From: an uncultured virus (IMG/VR IMGVR_UViG_3300037846_000120)
Lineage: Duplodnaviria; Heunggongvirae; Uroviricota; Caudoviricetes
Virus record (IMG/VR): IMGVR_UViG_3300037846_000120
DNA: 64,000 bases
Reading direction: 5' to 3' (one strand)
Part shown: positions 29,608-40,257 of the stretch, one piece after another
Numbering within the stretch: position 1 is the stretch's first letter
How the letters are laid out: every line of letters begins with the position of its first letter
Notes under the pieces: model-generated
Seen by the model: the letters and a program-made list of their open reading frames with translations, nothing else
Told to the model about the DNA's origin: nothing
Databases searched by the model: none
Position numbers and translations under genes: made by a program

Positions 29608-31605
29608 ATGAAATTCGGCCCGGTTCCCCCCAAGAAACTGCCCAAGCAGGATCCCGCAAGGGTGCTCCTCCTCGCGGAGAAATGGCAGCGCGCGGCCTAT
29701 GCGCAACTGGCTTGGTCCGAGCCGGCGAAGGTTTGTTACGATTTTCTTGAAGGCCGCCAGTGGGCGGAAGCCATCAAGGCGGAGCTGCGCCGCCAGCGCC
29801 GGCCGCACTTCAGGTTCAACATCATCGCGCCGCTGGTGCGCCTGGTGCTCGGCTATCACCGCGCCAACAAGACGGATATCACCTTTAAGCCCGGCCAGGA
29901 CATGCGCGCGTCCGAGCACATCGCCACGGCCTTGAGTGACGTCGAGAAGGTGATCGCGACCGGATGCCACCTCGAATACGTCGATACCGAAGTGTTCCTG
30001 GACGGCATATGCGGTGGCCGCGGCTGGTATGACACGCGGCTGAGTTTTGAGACCAACGATCTCGGCGAGATCAGCACCAGCGCCCGCGACCCGTTCGCAA
30101 TCTACCCGGACCCCGACGCCGACGCCTATAACCTCGACGAATCGGCAAACTTCATGGCCGAGGCGCGCTATGTCTCGCTCGACGAGATCGAAGCGACGTT
30201 CGGCAAAGGCGCCATGGAGCTATTACGGCCGTTCGTGCTCGGCCAGACGCCACTGGCGCCGATCTCTTCAATGATTGTTACCGACGAGATCAGCCCGGTC
30301 CGCACCTTCGGCCACCGCGAGGACCTCGAAGACACCTGGTGGGACAACTTCTACTCGCTGGTCGGCGATTTCGTCGACACCAGCAGGCGCACCATCCGCT
30401 TGATCGATATGCAGTGGAAGGTGAAGGAGCCGCGCAACGTCGCCATCGACCTTGAAACCGGCGATCGGGAAGTGTTGCCGGATAAATGGGGCCAAGACGA
30501 GATAGAGAAAATCAAGCTCTATGCCGAGCGGTGCCGCACCCCGCTCGAAATCCAGCGCCGCACCGTCGAGCGCATTCAGTGGACGACGTTCGCCGGCGAT
30601 TTGCTGCTCTACGACAGCCCGTCCTACTACGACGGCTTCACTCAGACCGGATATTTTCCTTATTTCCGCCGCGGCATCACCCGCGGCATGGTGGAGGACT
30701 TGGTCGATCCGCAGCAGGAGAAGAACAAGCGGCGCAACGCGCGCATCGAGATCGCCGGCAAGCTCGCCAACGGCGGCTGGACCTACACCGACTCCACCTT
30801 CACCCCGCACCAGGAGCGGATGCTGAAGAAGTACGGGTCATCGCCCGGCGTGAACGTCGTCTATAAAAAGGGCGAGCAGAAGCCCGAACCGATCGTCCCC
30901 GGCGGCACCGCCAACGCCCACAAGCAGCTCGAGGACGACGCCGACCAGGACATCAAGAACATCGCCGGCATCAACGAGGCGGCGCTCGGCCAAGAGCTGA
31001 ACGTACAATCCGGTCGCGCCATCCAGGCCAAGCAGCGCCAGGCGGTGCTCGCGATCCAGATGTACATGGACAACTTCAAGCGCTCGAAAATGCTGATCGG
31101 CGCCAGCCATCTGCGCATCATTCAGGCTTATTACACCGAGCCGCGGCTCTACCGGATCATGGGGAAGAACGGCCACTTCTCCCAGGTGCTTTTGAACGAG
31201 GAGGTTCAAGACCCGACAGGTGGGTTGGCAGCGATCAAAAACGACGTGACCGTTGGCAAATATGCCGTGGTCATTGACGACGCGCCGCTGTCCGACACAT
31301 TCCTGCACGCTCAGTTCGAAGAAATGCTGATGCTGTTGGAGAAGCTTGGGCCTGCGATCGGGCCTTATCTGCCGATGGCGGCGGACTTGCTGATCGACGC
31401 CTCGTCGATGCCGCGCAAGGACGAGTGGATCGAGCGCATCAAGGCGATGTGGCAGGCCAACGCGGCGAACCAGCAGCACCAACAGCAGCAAGGCCAGCAA
31501 CGCGGCCACGCGCCGCATGGCGGTATGCCGAGCCCGCACCAGGAAACGCCGGGGCCGCTCGGCGGTGGCCCGGTTGCCGCCAACGTCACACCGTTCACTC
31601 AGTAG
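29608..31605 (+). CDS. portal protein (P22/N4-like)
   Basis: DFLEGRQW, FNIIAPLV, GRGW, GMVEDLVDPQQEKNKR, SGRAIQAKQ, VGKY.VV. Confidence 0.9.
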   Translation: MKFGPVPPKKLPKQDPARVLLLAEKWQRAAYAQLAWSEPAKVCYDFLEGRQWAEAIKAELRRQRRPHFRFNIIAPLVRLVLGYHRANKTDITFKPGQDMRASEHIATALSDVEKVIATGCHLEYVDTEVFLDGICGGRGWYDTRLSFETNDLGEISTSARDPFAIYPDPDADAYNLDESANFMAEARYVSLDEIEATFGKGAMELLRPFVLGQTPLAPISSMIVTDEISPVRTFGHREDLEDTWWDNFYSLVGDFVDTSRRTIRLIDMQWKVKEPRNVAIDLETGDREVLPDKWGQDEIEKIKLYAERCRTPLEIQRRTVERIQWTTFAGDLLLYDSPSYYDGFTQTGYFPYFRRGITRGMVEDLVDPQQEKNKRRNARIEIAGKLANGGWTYTDSTFTPHQERMLKKYGSSPGVNVVYKKGEQKPEPIVPGGTANAHKQLEDDADQDIKNIAGINEAALGQELNVQSGRAIQAKQRQAVLAIQMYMDNFKRSKMLIGASHLRIIQAYYTEPRLYRIMGKNGHFSQVLLNEEVQDPTGGLAAIKNDVTVGKYAVVIDDAPLSDTFLHAQFEEMLMLLEKLGPAIGPYLPMAADLLIDASSMPRKDEWIERIKAMWQANAANQQHQQQQGQQRGHAPHGGMPSPHQETPGPLGGGPVAANVTPFTQ

Positions 31606-31616
31606 AGGAGAGGATC

Positions 31617-31790
31617 GTGGCTTCCAACCAGAACGACGTAGTGGAATTTGAGCCCGATGAGGCGATGCGGAAGGCGCTTGAGAAAACTGGAGTGGTCGAA
31701 GTGCTGCCGGACGGCTCGCTAAAGGTTCTCCCTTCCTATTACGAGAGACATCCGGAGCGGCGACCAAAATTACAGCCGGACCCGCTGTAG
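31617..31790 (+). CDS. small hypothetical protein
   Basis: GAGGAGAGG RBS with GTG start. Confidence 0.5.
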   Translation: MASNQNDVVEFEPDEAMRKALEKTGVVEVLPDGSLKVLPSYYERHPERRPKLQPDPL

Positions 31791-31805
31791 TCCAGGGACA
31801 AGCAC

Positions 31806-32360
31806 ATGCCGATGCTCAACGATGACCGGCTCATCACCCGCGCCTTACTCGCGCGCTTCGCCGCCGAAGGCGTGCACATGAACGGCGACGGCCGCCAATA
31901 CGCATTCATCCGTCGTGACAATGGCGAAACCACCACCTGGAACCCGTATTCGCCGGAGATCATCCCCGAGCAGACCATGTTCGCGCTCGACGTTCTCCAT
32001 AAGCTCAATCGCGAGCTGCACCACAATGGCGCCTGGGTGATGGTCTTCACCGACCCGAAGCCGGCCGACACCGGCGGCCTCGCAATCCTGGCGCGCACCG
32101 GACAGACCGAATATTCCCGCTACGTCATCATGTGGCTTGACGAAGACGGCGACGTCCAATTCCCGATCGAATGGGTGGAGAACGAATGCGAGCCGCACGA
32201 TTTTGCCGGCGTGCTCACGCTCGGCCTGGAGAACATCGTCGGGCTCTGCGAGGGCGCATGGGAGCTGTGGCACCTGCACATGCGCCAGGTGCTTGAGCCG
32301 GGCGAGGGCGAACTCTTCAAACGCGCCCAAGGCCAGTTGCCGCCGTCGTATAGGAACTGA
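31806..32360 (+). CDS. hypothetical protein
   Basis: GC3-rich ORF in the head operon. Confidence 0.7.
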   Translation: MPMLNDDRLITRALLARFAAEGVHMNGDGRQYAFIRRDNGETTTWNPYSPEIIPEQTMFALDVLHKLNRELHHNGAWVMVFTDPKPADTGGLAILARTGQTEYSRYVIMWLDEDGDVQFPIEWVENECEPHDFAGVLTLGLENIVGLCEGAWELWHLHMRQVLEPGEGELFKRAQGQLPPSYRN

Positions 32361-32362
32361 AG

Positions 32363-32683
32363 ATGAGCGGCGGCGAGAATCGCATCCACGTCGACGGCCT
32401 CCAGGCCCGCGATGCGGCTTTGATGAAACAACTCATCAAGGAGGGCACAAGCGAAGCCCTTGGTGAGTTCGCGATCAAGTTTGGCATTGATCCGAAAGAC
32501 CCGTTGCGCTGGCAGCGCAACATGCAATTCCTCGACAAAAGCCGCGAACGCTACGAGGGCATCCACGGCAAGGTCATCATCGCCGCGATCGGCATTGCTG
32601 TCGCCGGCGCCGCACAGGCAGCATGGGCGGGCTTCAAGACAATGGTAACCGGCGGTTCGCTTCCGGGATCGCCGCACGGATGA
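32363..32683 (+). CDS. membrane protein with a C-terminal TM helix (holin-like?)
   Basis: FGID..DP...Q..M.FL then a TM helix. Confidence 0.6.
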   Translation: MSGGENRIHVDGLQARDAALMKQLIKEGTSEALGEFAIKFGIDPKDPLRWQRNMQFLDKSRERYEGIHGKVIIAAIGIAVAGAAQAAWAGFKTMVTGGSLPGSPHG

Positions 32684-32907
32684 TCGAGCGCATCGGCTCC
32701 CCTCGCTCATTCGGCTGGCTGCTGATTGCGAGCTTCGCGCTCAACGACGAATGGGAAGCACCAACCGGCGAGCATGTCTTGCTCGACAAGGGCGCGGTGC
32801 TGTTTCGCTGTCCTAAGACGCGCCAGTTGATGATCGTCCCGCCGCCGCCACCGCACGGCTCGGACCCGCACCTGCCGTTCTATCCGTTCTTCTTCGACCA
32901 CTCCTGA
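32680..32907 (+). CDS. hypothetical protein
   Basis: ATGA coupling. Confidence 0.45.
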   Translation: MIERIGSPRSFGWLLIASFALNDEWEAPTGEHVLLDKGAVLFRCPKTRQLMIVPPPPPHGSDPHLPFYPFFFDHS

Positions 32908-33048
32908 AAATCCGTCCGCCGTCACGCGTGATGGCGACCTCCTTCATCTGGCGAGACTTGCCGGATGCTTCCGCACGCCGAGAGCGCATCTCGGTCGGGC
33001 CGCCGCCGTTCGGGCGCTTCCGCAAAGTTTTCCCGCGCAGAGGATGAC

Positions 33049-34242
33049 ATGACCACGAGTAGCGACGTTCAGGCCAATCCGGGCGATCAACAGACGCAAC
33101 CCGATCCGAACCAACCGGCCGCTGGTGCGCAACAGCAGCAGCAACCGGAACCGCAGGATACCGGGCCGCAGTTTGTCGATCCCGACGATACGGCGCTCGC
33201 CGAAGCCCAAGCCGCAGTAGAAGCCGAGGAGGCAGCGGCCGGGGATCAGCAGACGACGCAATCCGAACCCGGACAGCCAAACGCTCAAACGCAACCATCC
33301 GGTCAGCAACCGCAGGATCAGCAACGGCCGCAAGGCGGGCAGCAACAGCAGCCTGCCGAACCGCCGACGATGATCCCGATTGCGCGACTGAATGAGGAGT
33401 TGAGCAAGCGGCATACGGCCGAACTCGACGCCGCCCGGTGGCGCGGCATTGCGGAAGCACGGCAACAGCAGCAACCCCAGCCGCAAGGCGGGCAGCAACA
33501 ACAGCCGCAGCAAACGCAACAGCCGACCGCCGATCAGCGTCTTGCCGGGATCAAAGCCGACAGACTTGCGCTCGCCCAAAAGTTCGACAACGGCGAGATC
33601 ACGTATGCCGAGTTGACCGCGCAACAAGACGTGCTCGCCGACAAAGAGCAGGTGGTCCGCGAGGAACTCCTGCTCGCGAAGGTGAAGCCGGCGGCGCCAG
33701 CCAAAGAGCCGAGCGACCTCTATCTGGAGGATCGCACCAACGCGATCGCTGCGGAACATCCGTGGGTCGACGTGTTCGAGCAAGTGGGCACCGACATCGA
33801 CTGGAAATACGTCCGCGATCGAGCGCAGGGCAATCTCATCGACAAAGGCATCGACGTGACGACGCAGGCCGGAAAGCTTGCACTCCGCGAGGAGGCCGCC
33901 GCGCTGATGGATGAGCTTGGCCCACACATGCTCGGTGCGAAAGCCACGGCAAAAGGCATCGCTATTCCAGGTCAACAGCAACCGAAGCCCGGCCAGCAGC
34001 AACAGCCGCCGGCAGAGGCGGGCACTCGTCAACAGCAACCTCCGCTCTCTCCGATCGCAGCTATCCGCAAGGGCAAGCTCGGCGTCGAGGCCGGTCAGCC
34101 GCCAGATCTCGCGCGGATGAACGGCACCACCGGCGATGCGAGCCAGATCACGGATGCGGCGATCGAGAGCATGGGCGAGGACGCTTACGACAAAATGTCC
34201 GACGCGCAACGAGCAAAACTCCTCGGCATCAGCGAACTGTAA
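33049..34242 (+). CDS. capsid scaffolding protein
   Basis: Q/P-rich, MIPIARLNE coiled coil, ends YDKMSDAQRAKLLG; directly before the MCP. Confidence 0.8.
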   Translation: MTTSSDVQANPGDQQTQPDPNQPAAGAQQQQQPEPQDTGPQFVDPDDTALAEAQAAVEAEEAAAGDQQTTQSEPGQPNAQTQPSGQQPQDQQRPQGGQQQQPAEPPTMIPIARLNEELSKRHTAELDAARWRGIAEARQQQQPQPQGGQQQQPQQTQQPTADQRLAGIKADRLALAQKFDNGEITYAELTAQQDVLADKEQVVREELLLAKVKPAAPAKEPSDLYLEDRTNAIAAEHPWVDVFEQVGTDIDWKYVRDRAQGNLIDKGIDVTTQAGKLALREEAAALMDELGPHMLGAKATAKGIAIPGQQQPKPGQQQQPPAEAGTRQQQPPLSPIAAIRKGKLGVEAGQPPDLARMNGTTGDASQITDAAIESMGEDAYDKMSDAQRAKLLGISEL

Positions 34243-34252
34243 AGGTGCCACC

Positions 34253-35377
34253 GTGACAGTTACCGATTTCGGCGCATTGAGCGCCGCGAGAAAAATCGTT
34301 TGGGCGGCCGAGCTTTGGAAAAACGGCCGCGACCAATCGTTCTTCTTTGCCAATGGCTTCATTGGCAAGAACGACAACGACATGAACTCCGTCATCCAGC
34401 GGGTGACGAAGCTCACCGAGACCGAGCGCGGCTACGAGTGCGTGATGCAGCTCGTGCTCGACATGCAGGGCGATGGCGTGGTCGGCGACAACGAGCTGGA
34501 AGGCAACGAAGAGGCCTTGCAGAACGACAGCCAGACCATCCGCATCGACCAGTTGCGTCACGGCAACAAGTCGAAAGGCGAGATGTCCGAGCAGGCGACC
34601 GTCATCCGGTTCCGGATGCAGTCCAAGGACAAGCTCACCTTCTGGCTCGCCGACAAGCTCGACGAGCTGATGTTCCTGACCATTTCGGGCCGCGCCTTCA
34701 CGCTCACCTATAACGGTGCGACCCGGACCAACAGCCAGTTGCCGGAACTGACGTTCGCCGCCGACGTGGTGGCGCCGTCCTCGAACCGCGTCATGTACGC
34801 GGGGTCGGCAACCAGCGAGGCCACGCTCACCACGTCCAACACCATGAATTGGGCGACTGTGGTGACTGCTGGTGCTGCAGCGGAAACGCGCCGCTTGCGC
34901 CCGATCCGCGACGGTGGCCGCAACAGCTATATCCTGCTGATGCACACCCGGCAGGCGCGCGATCTGAAACTCGACCCGACCTATCAAACCATCGTGCGGT
35001 CGGCCGAGAAGCGCTCGAGCAAAAACCCGCTGTTCACCGGCGCCATGTCGCAAATCGACAACATGGTGATCCATCACCACAACAAGGTGTTCAACACCTC
35101 CGGTATGGCGTCGGGCTCGAAGTGGGGCGCGGGCGGTACCGTCGACGGCGCACAAGCGATGCTGCTCGGCGCGCAAGCCGGCGCGATCGCCACCATCGGC
35201 TCCATGTTCTGGCGCGAGGCGGTGCTCACCGACTACGGCAACCGGCCCGGTATCGGCGTCGGTCGCAAGATCGGGATGCTCAAGCCACAGTTCCAGTCGA
35301 TCTACGATTTGGTGTCGAACGCACCGAGCCGCCAGGACTTCGGCTGCATCGCGGTCAAGACCGCCGCCGCGCAGTAA
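34253..35377 (+). CDS. major capsid protein, N4-gp56/DUF4043 type
   Basis: TDFG, GDGVVGDNELEGNEEAL, IRIDQLRH, NPLFTG, DYGN..GI, DFG.I. Confidence 0.9.
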   Translation: MTVTDFGALSAARKIVWAAELWKNGRDQSFFFANGFIGKNDNDMNSVIQRVTKLTETERGYECVMQLVLDMQGDGVVGDNELEGNEEALQNDSQTIRIDQLRHGNKSKGEMSEQATVIRFRMQSKDKLTFWLADKLDELMFLTISGRAFTLTYNGATRTNSQLPELTFAADVVAPSSNRVMYAGSATSEATLTTSNTMNWATVVTAGAAAETRRLRPIRDGGRNSYILLMHTRQARDLKLDPTYQTIVRSAEKRSSKNPLFTGAMSQIDNMVIHHHNKVFNTSGMASGSKWGAGGTVDGAQAMLLGAQAGAIATIGSMFWREAVLTDYGNRPGIGVGRKIGMLKPQFQSIYDLVSNAPSRQDFGCIAVKTAAAQ

Positions 35378-35502
35378 GCCACTAGGGCAATGCCCTTCGG
35401 CGTCGGCATTCGTCACGCGTGATGCGTGCCGGCGCCACTCCAATTCGTCAAACGCCAGAAGAAATCAGCAACCCCGAAATTCGCAAAGGTTAGGAACACA
35501 CC

Positions 35503-36204
35503 ATGGTTACGATGGTTCACGTCCGCGTCCAACTGAAGGACGTCTTCAAGCAGGTCAACATCAACGATACCGGCGCCGTCGTGTTTGTCGCCAAGGCCGG
35601 GCTGCCCGAGAAGACGGCCTTGCAAGATCAATACGGCAACACGCTCGCCAACCCGATCGCGCTGTCGTCCGGGCTCATCGAATTCTACTACGACAGCTCG
35701 ATCACGGCGACGGTCGATCTCTACGGTCAAACCGCGAAGGGACATTGGTTCGAGTTCATGAGCCTTTCGCCGTCCGGCCCGAACGAGATCAACGTCGATA
35801 GCTCGCGCAAGCTCGGGCGGATGAAAATACCGTTCAGCTTCGTCGACTGCACCCCGGGGACCGAGAAGAAGACCGGCTTCCTGTTGCCGCCCACGGCCAT
35901 GATCCTCGATCGACTGCATGGTTGCGGGTTGCTGGTCACGGCGCTCGAGGCGGCCAAGACGGTGAGCGTCGGCATCCTGTCCACCGAGAATGGCGGCACC
36001 GCGACCGGCCTCATCAACGCCTCGTCCGCTGCGGCGCTGGGGCAGGTGGTCGGCACTAACGGCGCGCTGTTCTCCTCGAATGCGCCGTATGCCACCGACA
36101 CGCAGACATCGAGCAACCCCAACGGCCTCGACATCAGCTACACGCTGACCGCCGGTGCAGCCGCGGCCGAGGGCTTCATTCTGCTGCCCTACGTGCTGAA
36201 CTAA
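35503..36204 (+). CDS. virion structural protein (decoration/head-binding-like)
   Basis: follows the MCP; D..G..LANPI N-terminus; beta-rich. Confidence 0.7.
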   Translation: MVTMVHVRVQLKDVFKQVNINDTGAVVFVAKAGLPEKTALQDQYGNTLANPIALSSGLIEFYYDSSITATVDLYGQTAKGHWFEFMSLSPSGPNEINVDSSRKLGRMKIPFSFVDCTPGTEKKTGFLLPPTAMILDRLHGCGLLVTALEAAKTVSVGILSTENGGTATGLINASSAAALGQVVGTNGALFSSNAPYATDTQTSSNPNGLDISYTLTAGAAAAEGFILLPYVLN

Positions 36205-36303
36205 AACGCGGCGTCCACAGCGCACCTGAATAGTCCCGGCCGGGCGGCGACGTCCGGCCGGTGTCGTTGTCGGCATCTCTTCAACCAGTGAGGACATTCG
36301 CCC

Positions 36304-36939
36304 ATGAACGCTCTTACTCAGCGTGACGAATATACCGGCGAGCCGCTTCCAAGCGCCGGCGGACCGCAACCACCGACAAGCGACGGCACCGAGAAAGCAA
36401 AGATCGATGACCATCTCTACGTCGTCGACACCACGGCGCTTCCGGGTCAGCCGCCGCGCGTGCACGACATGTACGACGGCAAGCTGCTCAAGCCGTTCGA
36501 GTTCAAGGCCGGCGCGCCGACAAGGCTGCCTTTTGCCGTTGCGATCAAGTTTCTCAGGATCAGTGCGTTCAAGCGCACCGACGAGCATGGCAATCTCTTG
36601 CCGTACAGCCGCCAGCCCAAGCAGCCTGAGGAATTGGGAGCTGGTGAGAAACTTGAGATCGCCGACAACCAGACCGTCGCGCGCTACACCGAACTCTCCA
36701 CCATGGCGCTGGTGCAGCGCGCGCTCGAGCTGCCCGGCGGCGAAGTCGTCATCGCAACCAAAGACCGCGATCGGATGATTGATTTCATCATCGAGCAAAA
36801 GAAGAAGAAGCGCGTCGCCAACCTGGAGCAGCGCCCCACGCGCCAGATCGTAGGCCCGGCACCCGGCGAGGACGATGACGAATTCTTTCCGGCCGCGGAG
36901 CCGGACACCGGCGACGTCTACAGCGCCGACGCCGACTAA
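36304..36939 (+). CDS. hypothetical protein
   Basis: GAGG RBS, GC3-rich. Confidence 0.7.
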   Translation: MNALTQRDEYTGEPLPSAGGPQPPTSDGTEKAKIDDHLYVVDTTALPGQPPRVHDMYDGKLLKPFEFKAGAPTRLPFAVAIKFLRISAFKRTDEHGNLLPYSRQPKQPEELGAGEKLEIADNQTVARYTELSTMALVQRALELPGGEVVIATKDRDRMIDFIIEQKKKKRVANLEQRPTRQIVGPAPGEDDDEFFPAAEPDTGDVYSADAD

Positions 36940-36961
36940 GCCCCAAAACCGGGACTGAACA

Positions 36962-37759
36962 GTGAGCCAGGTCTTTACCGCGCGCCAACTCTGCGAGCGA
37001 GCGCTTCGCGTCATCAATGCGTTTCCGGTGACCGATTCTGCCGCGGATCCGGAGCATTTGCGCGAGGCGATGTTCTGGCTCGACATGCTGCTGGGTCAAC
37101 TCGCCGCGACCGAGGAGCTGTTGTGCCTGGTGCCGTCGCCTACTCAGGTGCAGTTCACCATCACCAACGGCACCGGCAATTACGATCTGATCGGGGCGCT
37201 CGGCGCCAACGCGCCGGTGGACGGTATCGAGTCCCCAAAGGCGGCATATCTGCAATGGCCTTCGGGCCGCCGCACCCCGCTTGAGATCGTGGCGCGCGAT
37301 ACGTTCATGGAGCGTCACGATCCGGCAGAGACCGGGCCGCCGCGCATGGTCTATATGGACCGCCTGCCGGACTCTCAGCTCTTCATCCATCCGATTCCGG
37401 CTGTGACCGACACCAACAGCTACGTCGTCATCATCGACGTGCAGACCTACGCGCCGAATGTCTCGCCGGCCGGCGCCACCGGCGCGCAGCCAAAGGCTAC
37501 GGACGTCACCAAATTCCGCCAGGGTTGGCAACGCTACCTGGTGTTTCAGCTCTCGCACGATCTCGGCTCTGGGCCGATCTTCAAGCGTCCCGAGGCCGAC
37601 CTCAATAGATGGGGGAAGGCCGCCGCGACCGCAAAAGCCGAGCTGCTCGCGCACGAAAACCGCGAGCATGACGACGAGCCGCCGATCTGCAACAGCTTCG
37701 AGGGTGATTGCGGCAGTGCGCTCGAATATCCGGGCTTCCAACGGTTCGGGTATTACTGA
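36962..37759 (+). CDS. head-tail adaptor (P22 gp4-like)
   Basis: TARQL.ERALR.I...A...LD.LL; G.P..VY...I.P.P. Confidence 0.75.
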   Translation: MSQVFTARQLCERALRVINAFPVTDSAADPEHLREAMFWLDMLLGQLAATEELLCLVPSPTQVQFTITNGTGNYDLIGALGANAPVDGIESPKAAYLQWPSGRRTPLEIVARDTFMERHDPAETGPPRMVYMDRLPDSQLFIHPIPAVTDTNSYVVIIDVQTYAPNVSPAGATGAQPKATDVTKFRQGWQRYLVFQLSHDLGSGPIFKRPEADLNRWGKAAATAKAELLAHENREHDDEPPICNSFEGDCGSALEYPGFQRFGYY

Positions 37760-40257
37760 TGGCATTCCGCGGCTGCATCCCCGATTTCGCGCTCGCCAAT
37801 CAGCTTTATATCGGTTGCAGCGTCGCGTTCTACACGGTGAACTCTGCCGGGCAATCGACCGGCACGCTGGCGGCGCTGTTCGCTGATCCGACCAGCGCCA
37901 CACAAGTACCCAACCCGCAGGTTCTCGATAGCACCGGAAAATTCCAGGCGCCGGTCTATATCCAAGGGCCGGTGATAGGCATGGTGCTGGGCGGCTCGAT
38001 CCCTTCGCACTTGACCGGCATCATCAATCCGCGCGGCACCTGGCGCGGTAATTGGGCGACGGGTACGCAATATTATTCGGAAGATTTTGTTTTCGACCCG
38101 GTCGGCTACATCATCTACGTCGCGACCCAGGATTATGTGTCGGGCGCCTCCATCGCCGCCGACGTCGCGGCCGGCAATCTCATCACTGCGTTTAGCGCCG
38201 GCGCCATTGCTGGGGCGGTGGCTCAAACCGCATCCGATGTCTCGGTATGCAATGCCGATGCGGCAACCTGCACCGCTGCCGCCAATGCGGCACTGAGCGC
38301 CGGCGCCATCTATGCGACCACCACCGCCGGGCTCGCCGCAACCACCAGCGGCAAATACTTTCTCGTTCCGGTGCCCGGCGTTGCGACGGTGCTTTATCTG
38401 AACTCCTCCGGCAGCGCGGTCTCGCAATTCTCCTGGCCGGCGGCCTCGATCATGGCGCAGGCCATGCAGTTCTATGCCACCGACAAAGTGACAGACGGCG
38501 CCGTTGCGCTCGACAGCGCGCTTCGCATGGGTGCGTTCTTCAAGAACGGCCTGTTCGAGGCGCCCGGCGGCACCGGCCCGCGCACGCTTGCCAATCTGGC
38601 GGTGCAGTTGAGCACCATGGCAAATCCGCTGGGATTTGCCGGCGCCGCGCGCGACGGCGAGCGGCTCGGCAATCTCGCCGCGACGGGAACCTTCGCGGTG
38701 CCGAAAATCAGCGCCGCCGAGACCGCACTGAGCAGCTCGAGCGGCACCTTCTGGCAGCCCGGCCTCGCGATCCGCCGCGAGACTGCCTATTGCGTCGCCA
38801 GCCTTTTAAACAACAGCACTGGCCATTACACGCTGCTGTTGAATTCAAAGTCGATCTTCGCAACCACGTGGGGGACGCAAAGCACATTGATCGACCGCAC
38901 CGGCGAAAGCACGCCGGTCGATGTCGTTGCCGTCGCATTGTTGACCGACCGCGACGAAAACCGGATGCACCTGATTACCAACGACCGCTTCGGTGGGCGC
39001 TCTTATCTCGTTCATCGCTACTCCGATGACGGCTTTGCCACGATGTCGAGCCCGCACATCATCGGCGGCGGCGGCGGCACCGGAGCGCCGAACCTCCCCG
39101 GCAACCAACTCTTTTCCGGCGGAAGCCTCAAACAACTACCTAATGGCTGGCTCTGTCTGTCGGCCTATGACAGTTCGCAAACGAACTGCTGGCTGTTCGT
39201 CTGCAAGGACCCACAAGGCCGCGGCTGGGTGGCCAAGTCGGCGATCGCCACCGCAGCCGGCGACGGCGTGGTTGCGACCAACGAATGCGCGCTGGAATAT
39301 TTCCCGGAGCGGCATGAACTCGGCGCTGCGGTGCGCACCGACAACGAAACCAATTCGACGGCCGCGCCGCTGTTCAAAGTCACAAGCGCCGACGATCTGA
39401 TGACGTGGACGACGAGGCCCGCGGCAACCTGGAACGGACGCGGGCGGCCCGATCTCGTCGGGCTCGGCGGCAATGTGGCGTACTACACCGATCGCAAGGA
39501 CGGCGCGCTCGGAACAATGCTCGGATGGCTGTCGCTCGACCTGATGACAAAGTGGGGGCCTCCGTTCACGATCGATATGCAATCCGGTGAGCCCAACGGG
39601 CAAAGCGCTTCCGCCAAGCTCGGCAACCGCAAAGTCCTCACCGTCTATATGCTCAACACCAATAATACGACCGGCGCGGTCATGGCGCGCAACGCCCATT
39701 TCGATCCGCAACTCGATTACGCATTCGTTCCGTCGCTGTCCGCCACTTCGGGCGCTCTGGGCACGCTGGGCCCCTGCAGGGTTCGCCGCAGCGGCAACCC
39801 CGTCACCATTATCGTCAATACGCCGATCACCATGTCGGGCGCGGGCACTACCACCATCACCTTTGCCATGCCGGAAACCTCGTCGGACCTCAATGCTCCG
39901 CTGCCTTCGGTTGTTGGCGAGATACAGGATGCGACCGCCGCCCATACCGGCGTCGTGTTTCTGGCGAACAGCGGCGCGCTGGCCTACAAATCCGAGACCA
40001 CAAATTTCACCGCCACAGCGACGCTGACCGGCACCACGAGCGGTGCGACGGCGACGATTTCGGCGGTGAGCGCATCCGGCAACAGCGGCACGCTCACGCT
40101 CACCAATCTCAGCGGCGTCTTCATCCCCGGAGAGGCGATCACCGATTCCTCGGGCGGTGCCGCCGTGGCGGGACCTTACGTGCCTAACGTGAGCGCAAAA
40201 ATATCGCTCGCCAATGGCGCATCGCAGCTCACCCTTGAAGCGAGGTGTGTGCTGTGA
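37759..40257 (+). CDS. tailspike with sialidase-like (Asp-box) propeller
   Basis: head-binding N-terminus; YSDDGFATMS, TSADDLMTWT and LSLDLMTKW Asp-boxes. Confidence 0.75.
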   Translation: MAFRGCIPDFALANQLYIGCSVAFYTVNSAGQSTGTLAALFADPTSATQVPNPQVLDSTGKFQAPVYIQGPVIGMVLGGSIPSHLTGIINPRGTWRGNWATGTQYYSEDFVFDPVGYIIYVATQDYVSGASIAADVAAGNLITAFSAGAIAGAVAQTASDVSVCNADAATCTAAANAALSAGAIYATTTAGLAATTSGKYFLVPVPGVATVLYLNSSGSAVSQFSWPAASIMAQAMQFYATDKVTDGAVALDSALRMGAFFKNGLFEAPGGTGPRTLANLAVQLSTMANPLGFAGAARDGERLGNLAATGTFAVPKISAAETALSSSSGTFWQPGLAIRRETAYCVASLLNNSTGHYTLLLNSKSIFATTWGTQSTLIDRTGESTPVDVVAVALLTDRDENRMHLITNDRFGGRSYLVHRYSDDGFATMSSPHIIGGGGGTGAPNLPGNQLFSGGSLKQLPNGWLCLSAYDSSQTNCWLFVCKDPQGRGWVAKSAIATAAGDGVVATNECALEYFPERHELGAAVRTDNETNSTAAPLFKVTSADDLMTWTTRPAATWNGRGRPDLVGLGGNVAYYTDRKDGALGTMLGWLSLDLMTKWGPPFTIDMQSGEPNGQSASAKLGNRKVLTVYMLNTNNTTGAVMARNAHFDPQLDYAFVPSLSATSGALGTLGPCRVRRSGNPVTIIVNTPITMSGAGTTTITFAMPETSSDLNAPLPSVVGEIQDATAAHTGVVFLANSGALAYKSETTNFTATATLTGTTSGATATISAVSASGNSGTLTLTNLSGVFIPGEAITDSSGGAAVAGPYVPNVSAKISLANGASQLTLEARCVL

